DNA of 59,268 nucleotides, counting the filler, from Sphacelaria rigidula (Eukaryota), in NCBI GenBank assembly GCA_964200075.2. It is 4 parts of 4 records of this genome, joined end to end, with 100 filler letters (N's around TTAATTAATTAA, not from the genome) between each part and the next. Parts side by side here need not be neighbours in the genome. Positions count along the whole stretch, not along the records: positions 1 to 14,743 come from CAXNAA020002068.1; positions 14,844 to 29,586 come from CAXNAA020002069.1; 2 more parts are not named here. One strand, written 5' to 3'. Position 1 is the first letter of the stretch; the number at the start of each line of letters is the position of its first letter. The notes under the pieces are model-generated. The model had not been told where the DNA came from. It did no database searches and worked only from the letters and a program-made list of their open reading frames with translations. The translations under genes and the position numbers were made by a program. Shown here piece after piece: positions 10,495 through 22,300 of the stretch.

Positions 10495-13400
10495 GTAAAA
10501 GCTTTGATAGACACGGGGAGTCCCGCGACGTTTATTCATTATAAAATATGGGAAAAAATGGTTGATGTCGGGGCGGCTAACATCGAAGGTACCCGGGAGA
10601 TAGACCCTGTATCCTGGGGTGGTTTCAATGGTGTCCCGTTGTGTACTTATTCACAGGTGCGGTTGAATATTCGACTGTGGCCTAGAAGACCCAACCCACT
10701 AATGTCAATTCAAACCGGACGAGCATGTTTGGCAATTCACGCCCATGTTGTACCTGACGTAACAATGAACTATGACGTTCTAGTAGGACGCGATGGTCTA
10801 AGTTTATTCCCGGTCAGAACGTATCGTTATGTAAACCAACGAGAAACAGTCATGACCTTGCAAGAAAATAACATCAACTCTGTTGATCGTGCGCTTGCGG
10901 AACAAGTCCGCAGTGCTGTTGGCTTCGTTGAACCAAAGCCGTCGGCAGCTCAAGTTATAGTAGTTTACAACGGATCTCAGGATATTATACGACCAGATAC
11001 ATTATCATGGGTCCCTGTCAAACTCTATAACGTGGACGGAACACCGTCTGAGGGTGGGTCTTATGATGTAACTCTGGATCCAGATTGGTCCCCACATAAG
11101 ATTATTAAAGACGCAGGTGAATCTATCATCCCGCTCCGCTATACCGGTTCAGAAGAACAGAGGTTGACTCCGACCACCATCCTAGGTTTTGCTGGAGCAC
11201 CTTTAGTACCGTGCTCTTTGGAGGAAGTTAAAATCTCTAAAACAACGGAGCCGGACCTCGAGGAGGTATTCACAGTAGACCAGCAATTAGAAGAACCTCC
11301 AGTCTTAGCAGGCTTGGACGGTGAGCAATCACAAGCGTTCAAGGATATGTGGGTGAAACTTCTCACACATATGCGGCAAATAAAGTTCGGGTTGGAAGGT
11401 GCGCATTGGACGGTTAAGGACATCAAAAATTTGGAAGAACTCTTGTGCAAACATTCACACCGATTTTCCAAGGACAAGATGGATTTGGGGTATTGCACGG
11501 TGGATCCGTTCAAGATTGAACTCAAACCGGGAAGGATGCCCGTAAAACAGCGTCCGTATCGGCATAACCCGGCGGTCCAAAAGAAAGTACAAGTGGAAAT
11601 CGATCGCATGTTGGCCGCAGGCATTCTGAGGAGATCATGTTCAATTTGGAGTAGGCCGCTTGTAGTGGTGAATGAAGCGGATGGGTCCGTTCGCATTACG
11701 TGCAACTACAAGAAGCTCAATGACAGCACGATTATTCCGGTGTTACCGATTCCAATCATTAAGGAACTCCTGGATGAAGTGGGGGGTGCCAAAATATTTT
11801 CATGTTTGGACATCACCTCCGGATATTTTACCATAGCTATACATCAGGATTCCATTCCTTTGACGGCGATTCGCACGCAGAGTGGTCTATATGAATGGTT
11901 GGTCATGCCTATGGGATGTAGCGGAAGTCCAGGTTGGTTCCAGTCGATCATGACAATAATATGTGATGGTTAAGCACGATGTCGTCTATACATTGACGAT
12001 GTGTATACTTTCAGTGGAACAGGAGGACAACATGTAGAGGACTTGGAAGGTCTTTTTCAACGGCTGACCAAGTACAATCTCAAGTTAGCACCGAAAAAGG
12101 CACACGTAGGAACAGAAGAAACAATTGTTTTAGGACATCTCCGCTGATGGGATTTCCCCGGATCAGGAGAAGGTACAGGCTCTCAACAAAATGTCAATGC
12201 CGAAGGATGTATCTCAGCTCAGATCGTTGTTGGGAGGGTTGGGGTAATACCGGAAATTCATTCCGCGTATGGCCGCAAGACTCAAACCTCTGACACAGTT
12301 GTTGAAGAAGGGGGTTCGTTTTGAGTTTACCCAGGAGCATGAAGCTATAACCAAGGCAATGTTATCATCCTTGACAGGTACAAATATTCTAGCATTTCCC
12401 AAGTATGAAGATGCAGTTTCGGGGAAACAACCATTTATGCTCACCACGGAAACATCAATGGATGGTTTGGGCGCGGTGGTGGAACAACGTCAAGAGGACA
12501 ATACGGTTCGCCCTCTAGTTTTTCCAAGTAGAGGATCACTCCCCAACGAGAGGAATTGGAAAAATAGAAGCAGCGGCTATTGTATGGGCCATCATAAAGA
12601 ACAGGCTACTTTTCTATGGTGTGCCGTTCGAGATTTACACGGATCACCAACCGTTGAGAAATTTACAGAGCCTAGCAGAAAGGGTTCCGCGAGTTCGGCG
12701 TTGGCACGACTTCCTCAGTGCGTACACGAACGAAATCAAGTACAAGCCAGGGCGTGTTAACGCAAACGCAGATATGTTGTCGCCTCTACCACAGCCGCCG
12801 AATGAAAATGATATGTCTGGGGATGCTCAAATCACGGACCCGGGAGACATGGATGTCTATTTCATTGGTGCTAGTGGAGTTTGGTCCAGTAATTTCAAAA
12901 GCCCGACCAGGGATAGACACATGGAATCTGTAGTGAGTACCCATGATTCAAATTTGAATGGGCTGGACCCTGGATTGATTTATAAAATTGGGGAAAACCA
13001 ACTAAGCACAGCATCGCTCGCGACCCCCGAGAAAGCTGACCAACAAGGGATAGAGCTACAAAGAGCGAAAGGTAGTAGTGATGACAAGTAAAATAGGAAG
13101 GAAAAGAGCGGACAAGCCTCCTTACGGAGTACCGGACGACTCTCCGTTGGTTACTCCCCATCGTAGTAACATGGTCAGTGGACAATGGGAACAGGGTTTA
13201 ACCTCGAATGCATGTCCGATCACAGAAATAGGAAGAAGATTACTACAGCCTCTAAAACACAGGGCAGTATCGGTAATCGACGCCACAACTGAAGTAGGAA
13301 GCAGTAGTGCGGGACCACAAATAGCGGTATCACCGACTCTGGGAGCGGAAGAAGCCTGTCATTTTGAGGAACAGTTATGCCAGAAATCAGCAACAGATTG

Positions 13401-14644
13401 AGCTCAGATACAGCAGGAAGATCTCACGTCTAGGACTGTCATCGAATATTTGAAAAAACGAGTGACGGTGTTGACGAAAGATCAGGAGAAGGGTGTCCCT
13501 ACACGAATTGACTTATCCGAGTTCAAAAGATTGTCGAAAAATGGAACACTTTTGGAACTGGCGGACGGAAGCGTTTCATTGGTAAAAACGCAGACTCCAA
13601 TGCCCGGTCAAATGGACCGAAATCCGGTACAGTTTGAGAGGTACTTGGGAGAAGAGCCAACCGGGACGTACGTGCCTCTGCTGTTGAGATTTTGGGTAAT
13701 GGAACAGACCCACAAACAAGATATTCACTTGGGGGAAGGTATTACGCCATCTCTGTTGAAACGGTATAACTGGTGGATTGGAATGGAGGACAATGTGAAA
13801 TTCTGGATTAGGCGATGTTATACATGTCAAGCTAGGAAAAGTCCAAGACATACGGTGAGGTGGCCACTCATCTCTTTACCGCTGCCAAGTCAACCAGGGC
13901 AGATGATTTCGTTCGATTTGTCGGGTTCGTTGCCGAGATCATCGAGAGGAAATACATACATTCTCTTGATGGTGATCTCTTGAGTAGGCACGCGGAAGCG
14001 TATGCTCTTACCAAAGAGGAGAAAACGGCAGAAGGTTGTAAAATATTCTAGCGCATGACTATATCCCAAGGTGGGGATGTTCTCACACGTTACTGTCGGA
14101 TCGAGGAACAAAGTTTACAGCAAAAGTAGCAAGGTTGGTCTATGAGATGTTGGAAGCCGTGAAACGATACACAAGTGCGTATCACCCACAGACAAACGGA
14201 ATGGTAGAGCGACTAAACCACACGTTGTGTCAAATGTTGTCGTATCTGGTGGCTGATGACCAGAAGGATTGGAATAAGTTGTTGCTACACGTCATTTCCG
14301 CACACAGCAATAGCGTACGTAGGGGAATAGGTTTGGCACCGAATGAGGTGCACAGCAATAGCGTAAGTAGGGGAATAGGTTTGGCGCCGAATGAGGTGCA
14401 TATCGGAGGGTATCCCAGGTTACCCATGACCATCCTGGAAAAGAGGGGTGCGTCCGGACACCAAGGACTGAAGGCAGATCAACTTGAGTATTTACAGTTG
14501 ATGAAGGATTGTCAAACCAAAGCATACGATCTTGTGAGGCAAGAAGACTATTTACTAAAATCCAAACATGAGCCAAATAATGAGCAAGTGGAGGAAGCTC
14601 TAAATCGGCGAACAAAACAGGAAGTAGGCTCAACAACTGTGTGA
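10495..14644 (+). pseudogene. pol: Gypsy pol (protease, RT, RNase H, integrase), disrupted
   Basis: ALIDTGS aspartic protease (about 10501-10521). RT with PVKQRPYR, LDITSGYF, MPMG and YIDD (11989-12000) after a TAA at 11971. RNase H with GLGAVVEQ and YTDHQPL. Integrase with H..CYTCQARK and YHPQTNGMVERLN. Confidence 0.93.
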
Positions 14645-14743
14645 TATGATGTGACTGCAGGACGTAGCCATGATCTTGGGCAAAGGTGACATTGAATGAT
14701 GGGACATTTTCATGCTCAAATAGCGGAGAATTCGCTGCCCCTT

Positions 14744-14843
14744 NNNNNNNNNNNNNNNNNNNNNNNNNNNNNNNNNNNNNNNNNNNNTTAATTAATTAAN
14801 NNNNNNNNNNNNNNNNNNNNNNNNNNNNNNNNNNNNNNNNNNN
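14744..14843. other. Artificial contig spacer (44 N + TTAATTAATTAA + 44 N)
   Basis: Identical 100-bp structure at three places. The 12-mer has stops in all six frames. Confidence 0.97.
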
Positions 14844-15795
14844 GGGGCGGGGGCGGGGGCCGTACCCATTTGTTGCTTGCCTTAGTCATTTGACTATTGA
14901 CCACGCATCCCTCTCGAGACGGAGCAACGTTCCTACTCCTCATCGAGACACCTCCAACAATTTGGTGTTCATTACGTTTCTTCCATACATTACGCAAAAA
15001 ACATTTACATATCTTATCCCCGTCCTGTTTCGCCGTCTGTGGCGACCATCCATCTCCTAGTATAGCCATCGTTTTTTCCCTACTGTCTCATGCATCAAAC
15101 GATTTCGTGCCACCTTCGTTCACGTCCTACATTTCCCCCTCTAGCACGTCCAGCTCCTCCTTGTATAGTTCACATTCTGCCACAATATGACTTCTGCTCT
15201 CTATCGCTTCGCCACGGGGGCAGTTGTGTGCATCTACTTCGTCCTCCTCGACTACTGGTAAATATCTTTCTTCTTTATGGCAGGTCCAGGTCCCCCACCC
15301 GAAATCGCAGTTTCGACTCTTTTGCCGCATCCATTGGGCCATTGGGTCATGCAAATATGTTTCCATCCTTATCCCTTCTGTCAACCCCCGTATATCTTCA
15401 GGTGTTCTTCCTCGTCTACTTTGCTCCTGAGCGCCCCTTTTCCCCTTATTTCCACAATGTTTCTTACTTTTGTCTCGTACCCCGCGCCTTCACCTATGGA
15501 CAGTATTTCGCCTTGGTTTCCTCCTACCTCCTTTCATACTTCCTCGACTTCTCTATCCCACCGTATTCCAGCCCGTCCTTTTGTAATTTTCTTCCATACA
15601 GCCGTATCAACCATTATAGCTGGTAATCTTTTTCTCTGCATGTTCTTTAGGCAACATTGCCATCGCAGTTTTCTCATGTCTCCATCAGTTTGAGTGAGTA
15701 CATTCCCAACTTTGCTCTCAATGCTGCATTTCTCGTCGTTTTCGAGCATCCAAGTATTTTCTCATCTGCTTCCATTTGTATTGTTTCCAACTTGG
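14844..15795 (-). mobile_element. 5'-truncated non-LTR retrotransposon (LINE) ORF2 C-terminus and 3' end with C-rich tail
   Basis: Minus-strand fragments read KILGCSKTTRNAALRAKLGM, WKKITKGRAGIRWD, zinc-knuckle-like CPRGEAIESRSHIVAEC, and ILGDGW...WKKRNEH. Frameshifted. Its 3' end matches 39378-39454. Confidence 0.8.
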
Positions 15796-16204
15796 AGTGG
15801 GGGAGGGCGGGAGGGGATGCCTCAGGAGTCGATAAGGTTGGACGTGTGTGCCGGAGTAGCATATGCTGTAGCGCTACGCAGTTAAGCAATTGATATATGG
15901 TTAGAAGCATCGGTCGACCTGGCGAAAGTGTGGACAATTGACTCCCTCACGTATCGTGAAGGGATCGGAGTATTCTCCCAAAAGCGATCTTGATATGATT
16001 CCGGAATCATGGATTCATAGTACAGTGAACACAACAGTGTACGTGAAAATGTGTTACGTGATTGATGGACCAACAGTGCGACTTTAAGATCACGGGCTAC
16101 ACATGTACCATCGTTTCGCGTGTACGACCTCGCACGAGGACGTGCGGTGACTCATTTTCACTACGGTCGGAACCACTCGGCAGGCAGAAGGCAGTGTCTT
16201 TGAC

Positions 16205-16384
16205 CTCGGGATCGGTGGACGCCGTCGAGCATTGGGTACCCCCGGGGCAAAGGTGACAGTCATCCGCAGCGCCTGCCCTAGTGTTGTTGCGGTACCTCCC
16301 CGCGGCGCACTCCACGGGCTGATCCTCTCGTTCCGTGCAGTAGTGGCCAGGTGGACAAGGGTACTGGGAGTAATCGCCGATTCC
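16205..16384 (-). CDS. Cys-repeat gene, exon 14 of those seen
   Basis: tag|GIGDYSQYPCPPGHYCTEREDQPVECAAGRYRNNTRAGAADDCHLCPGGTQCSTASTDPE|gtcaaa. The donor is weak and not testable by phase. Confidence 0.8.
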
Positions 16385-19300
16385 CTAGTAATAATGATGG
16401 GAAGAACAGCAGCACAAAGTCTTTGTGGACTCGTGCGAGCGTAGTTGATCTATTGTACCGATTGGGTCGGGAAAATGAACTTGTGCTGTCGCCTACCGTT
16501 TTTCTTCTAGCTGGGCTGTGGTCACGCAATGATCGTTTCGACGAAGACACCACTTCATGATCTTTAAAACATAAGATTATATTCAAATCTAAGGATCCGT
16601 GTGGGACTGAGGCCCTCAACTGAAACATTGATGCGCACCATGACGACTCTGATGACGTGGTATATGCAGTGACAAATTGCCGCCTTGACTCAGGGACATG
16701 TGCTGGAAGTGCAACCACGCGAAAAAATCTGTAACTTCCCTGTGAGCTTAACTGCCCTGATTGCTAGAAATACACACTTTTGAAAGGAGGGAACCAGGAA
16801 GATGAGAACAGGCCGAAAAATGGCGACAGAAAAAAAAACGTACCTCGACATCACAATGATATCCCGATGGACATGGAAGACAGTGATCGAGGTGGTATTG
16901 CAGAACGAACTCGTTGTACGTGCCAACGGGACACGGAATGGGATCCACGCCCTATATTGTGAACAAGGAGCGGGGGAGAGAGAAACAAAACGTCCATCAG
17001 CATGACACGAGTGTGTGTGGAACTCACATCGGAAATCGAAAGTAACGCCTACTTCGCTTTCTTACATAGTCTCGCTTATGTGGCATCGTCCTCATCGATT
17101 CTCTTCCATACGACGTTTTGGTCTCCTCAATTCGAGATGCACTCGAGTGTAGCTTCGACTGTCGCTAGCTCAAAATGCTGAGAGGAGTACTGTCCACGTG
17201 GGGTTTCTCTACGTATCCCGCGTCACCATCGAGTTTCATCTCATCACTGTAATAGGATATCCTATGAGCGCTCTTGCCTGACAGTAAATCAGGCTATGGG
17301 AAGAGCTGGTTCAAAACTCTGAAAAGGAATTCTGCTTCAGTTCTCCTCAAGACATTGGCCACGGCCGTAAGATACCCCAAATAGCACCGTGGGTACATAA
17401 TTGTGTTCACTTCTACTGCCCAACAACCACTGCACCTGCTCGATTTTCATGTGCCATCGGCTGAAAAGGGCAAACACTGCTTGCCGTGTATTACATGCAA
17501 CCGCTCCTTTCGTATAGGCACATCTACTACGCTCGCCTGAGGGCAGTAGTATCCCCTGTAGCACTCTTCGGGTACAGCCTCGCCAGGGAAGCAAATGTAT
17601 CCCGCCGGACAAACTCCACAGTCGTCGGAAGAGACTCCCAGCAGAGCGACTCTGCGACGACAGCGGCACGTTGATTTCGAGGCACTCTCCTATAAGATCC
17701 ATCGCAGGTGAATTGAACCTACTCGCTGATACTACGCACTTAGAATCGAATGGAATCGGGGTTGATTTTTTATCTGCAAGCATATCCTACCAGAAAACTG
17801 CGCCCCCCACAAAATGTACTTCCTCTACTGCCGAAACGCATCCAAATCGAGCAGACGGCGAGAACCGACGATGATAATGTACACATATCACATTGAATAC
17901 TTCCTGGTGTAGTTTTACATTCAGCTCCCAGATGATACCAAGTTACCACCTTTCCACGTGTGGTCGACGTGGTATTCAATAACACCCGCCAGGCAGCCAC
18001 ATTTCGTGTGCATGAACTCCAGGTGCACGGCCCCTTTCCCGCATCCGTCCAGGGGTGACAAACGTTCGTAACCATCAACGACGCTGGATGAGCCAACCCT
18101 CCCGAACAGAAAATGCCTGGAAGCTATATCATAATTCTCGTTTTATCACACGTTAAGTGAGCCGTGAACTATTTTTCACTCATAGATAAACGCCATTACC
18201 TCACGGTGGCATTTTCGCACTGAACGGGATCCTCAGTTCCCACGGGACAGTAGTGACCTGCAGGACACGGGCCACCATCGAACTGCTCCCATATGTCGTT
18301 ATACACGGAGTACGAGTAGTTCTCGTAATTTCTGGAGAAGATACGAAGCGTGTGGGGAGAGCGATTGAATTGGGGAACGGGAGGGGTGGTGCTACGTGAG
18401 AGGACTTGATGATCAACGGTAAACCCATGCGGGAACGACTACAATCAGGGTCTATCGAACAGCGTAGTTCGGCACAATGAGACGGAAGGGAAAACACCAA
18501 CGGGAAAGGGGGGAGTGGAGGTAATACGATGAACTTTGGCATTTGTCGGTGATGAAACTTCCACCAAAATCTGCTCTATTTGCCCTGCGATCACATAATA
18601 CGTGAGAAATGTCAGTTTGTTCGGAATAAAGTTGTTTCCCTCCTGCTTCCCGTTCTTTTAGCACTGCACCGCGTACAATAAACACGAACGATGCGATCGG
18701 AGGCACGTTGTTATGAGATGAAAATGACAACGATGGAAATAAACATGTAACCTGCCGTCTTGATGTGCAGTGCAATGTCTGGGGAGCAAGGTACTGACCA
18801 CAGGCGCACGGATTCTGTGTGATTCTCCGATATCGTTTGTCCAAAGTTCTAACAGACGTCCACTATCACAACCATCATTTTCGCAAGCCCGTCTGGGGAT
18901 CTCGAGGCATGGGTCTGTGAGGAGAAGACGAAGATTGTGTAGCCATCACCCGACGAGAAATACAACCTCCCAGCGCTTTGATCACCCCCAAGTGGTCTCG
19001 TCCTTTCACTCGCCGTCATTTTGCACACGTGGTAAGTGATCAAATGGTTGGTGAGTTCAAGAGATGTCCTGCGTGTTGTACACCTTCGACAAACATCGAG
19101 CGGTCCGTCTGCCACAAACCTCGCCGTTGCCATCTGATGTATAATCAGTATGGTCTTCGACTGCGCATCGGCCACTAGCAGTTACGCTCACGCCGCAGCA
19201 GACACACATCGAACTTGACACAAGCTACTCGCAAGTATATGAGAATGAGTATGCTGGCTATAGTGGTGGGCGGGGTGCAGGATGTCGCATGACCAGTGTA

Positions 19301-22300
19301 CGGGGTGCAACGATAAATCTAACTTCCTCTCGTGAAGGGGCTTGATTGGAGTATTCGAAACATTTCAATGTCAGAACTTGACATAAAGCATCGGTACTTG
19401 CTCGTGACGGGTCCGGAGTATTCACGTACCACAATAACTGTAAACTCGTGAGGCGAAATTACCTGTTTGGCGTAGGGGTGTCGATGCCAGTTTTACAGAA
19501 ATATCCTGCCCTGCAAGTGGAGGTCATATTCCCGTCGATGCAGTATTGGCCAGCTGGGCAGGCTGGACATTCGTCCTCCGAGGGGAGATCCGTCTGCAAA
19601 ATGAACACGAGCGAGCACACACGCACGACAAAATAACGGCATCATATGTCAGGCGTAGGTCACAGGAACATGAACGTTCAACAGAATGAGCGATTGCCCA
19701 GAGAGATGCCATGTTCACCTCGGTATAGGAAATGCCACATTCACCGAGAGATAGCACACGGGAGACATTCTCCTTAAAGCACGAAAAATGGGGCTCCACA
19801 GCTTTGTGGGCCTCTCTCTCTTCCTTGGAGAGCCGACCGGCTGGCCGAACACATTACGAATATGCAACAATGACCCGTAGAAGGAAGATATACAGGGAAA
19901 CAATAGCACATCACTATCACGACCAAAAGCACCACGAACACCATCATCAACGCCGACACCAACACCGACACCAGCACCAGCAATGACTGCACGGTAAAAG
20001 AAAGACATGAATGAGCATGCAACGATTAGACCAGACAGAAGGTGATCTCTAAACCAAACCTCTCCCCACGCCTCACCCGATTGCCGTATGTACCCGCAGG
20101 GCACAGTGTGCCCTCGGACGATCCGGCAGGGCAAAAGTGATACATGGGGCACTCCGCCGGAACGGTTGCGTTGTTCAGACATATCGATCCCGCCGGGCAC
20201 TCTGTGCAGTTTTCCATAGCCACGGAAGGATTGTAGGTGCCCGGAGGGCAGCCGAGCGCGGCAGATGAACCCTCAGGACAATACGTGCCCCGGGGACACT
20301 CGTACCCGGTTATACCGTCTACTGGCTGTGGCGACTCGGCGGCCTGGTGTTCATTTGGCATATGTGCGCACATGCATATGAGGGACGAGTATGAACATTG
20401 ACCGTCAGAAAGTCCCCGTATCGTCATACTCGAGTACTGCATCAATCACAGCACGGTCGATTTGTACAGGCACATACCACAACACTTGGGGAAAAACTCC
20501 GTAGTGTGGACCAGTGCGTCTACAATGTTCTCTAACACGCGTGTTTACCTCCACGCAGGCGTAGCCGGCGGCGCATAGGCCACCGACGGAAGCGTCTGTG
20601 TCTTCTGCTGGGATGGGCGATTTGGAACCTAGAGCGCAATAGTGCCCGGCCCCGCACAAGCCCTCTGGTTCGATGAGGCCCTCGCTCCCGCAGTACCTGC
20701 AGAAACGTTTCACAAAGATGAGACTTAGCGGGTCAAAAAGTGGGACATTTTGTGTGCTTTCGGGATTTTGTATAGACGTTTTCCTTCGAGATTTGTTTCG
20801 AGAACTTGTTTTGTTCACGACGTTTAGACGCCCACCGCAGCCCACAACCACGATGAATACTTCCCCAAAACGTAACCGAGGTGCCGAAGTATCGTTGGGC
20901 CGCCGTTACGTCATGGCGGTGGAGATAGCGTCGGCCATTCCACCAGGCAAATCAAGGGTGCCCCAGGGCGCTCTAGCCCCCATCGCGGAGCGTTACGGTC
21001 TTAGCGCTGGCTACCCAAAAAAACGTTGATCCGAGTGCATAGCTAGAAAGGGTGGTAAGGTATGATCAGGGGGCCTTTACGCAGGCCTGGGACTATCTAG
21101 CATCAAGCCCCAGTGACGGCGAGGACGATTAGCGAAAATGATTTTGTTTTTTCCGACACTTTTTCGCCCCTGGAGAAGAGGCGAAATACGGCGTTTTGGG
21201 CGTCGACTGCTTTTTTTTCGGCCATTCATGCATGCAGGTTGGTGTGTGTAAAAAACAAAACGCGTTCCAACTAAAAAAACATCAAGATTTTAAAAAAACT
21301 TACCGCCTACGGTGTCGGATACCGTTAAGGGTCTGTGTAACCAAAAAGACCTTTACTTATGAGACAGAGGAAGTACAGTTTGGAGAGTTGACACTAATCC
21401 CGAGATATAGTGATCACAATCTTCTTTCTTTATCAAAGCATCTGTGCGGACTCCATGATTTGATCTCATTTGATCTGATTTGATTTGATCTGATTTGATT
21501 GTCGTGCATTCACTCATGCCATACGAGTCACGATCCAGGCGTGGGCACAACATAGACGTACTCATGGCGGACAAAACGACAACAGACGGCAGGGAAAAGT
21601 GAAGAAACAGGACGACAGAAGAGAGTAGACTGAAAAACCAAACCGACTAACAAACAAAACAAGGACGAAACCGAACCTAGAAATGGCCGGCCTCGGCAAC
21701 ACGGCTTCATGTGGAAAAGTCATTGCTGATGTGGAGATATCTTCGTTCTTGCACGTGATTGAACAGTGTAAATAATACTATCTAGATTTTTGTAACGGTG
21801 ATTTCACTACATTCCGGGAACCCGCAAGACTAACGCTACGCGACAATTTATTCACCCTCTAAGAGTCGTGTTGCATTTTCTCCGGATGCCCTCAAGATGC
21901 CTCCGGAGAGTGTGAAAGAACTCAGCACGATCGATATTTTGAGATCACGTCACGAGCCAGACTGTTCACGTGTCTTTCGGACGAAACTAGGCGCATGTGC
22001 CCTACCCCCCCCCGCCCCCGCCCCCCCCGAGGCCAATATCGCACCTTCCGGGTGGACACAGAAAACATTCTGATAGAGAAGCCAGAGTGGTTGTGTTGGA
22101 ATACGTCCCGTTCGGGCACAGGTATTGATTGCCGAATGCCGTGCCCTCGGGGCAATAGTGACCGGCGGGACAGGGCAAAGGGTCCGATTCTCCCATCTCG
22201 CAGTAGTAGCCTGAGTCATCCGATGGCAGAGGGGAAGAGGATTATAGATGTAAGACACGACTGATTTGTCAGTATTGAATGGACACTAGAACAAGACCAT

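Larger units (their letters stand above)
4751..14743 (+). mobile_element. Degenerate Ty3/Gypsy LTR retrotransposon internal region, truncated by the contig end; LTRs not resolved
   Basis: Domain order is gag zinc knuckle, protease, RT, RNase H, integrase (Gypsy order). Many premature stops and frameshifts. Confidence 0.93.

Noticed and set aside
14788..14799. TTAATTAATTAA as a biological palindrome or PacI-like site
   Set aside because: It occurs identically in the centre of all three 100-bp N spacers, so it is an assembly linker.
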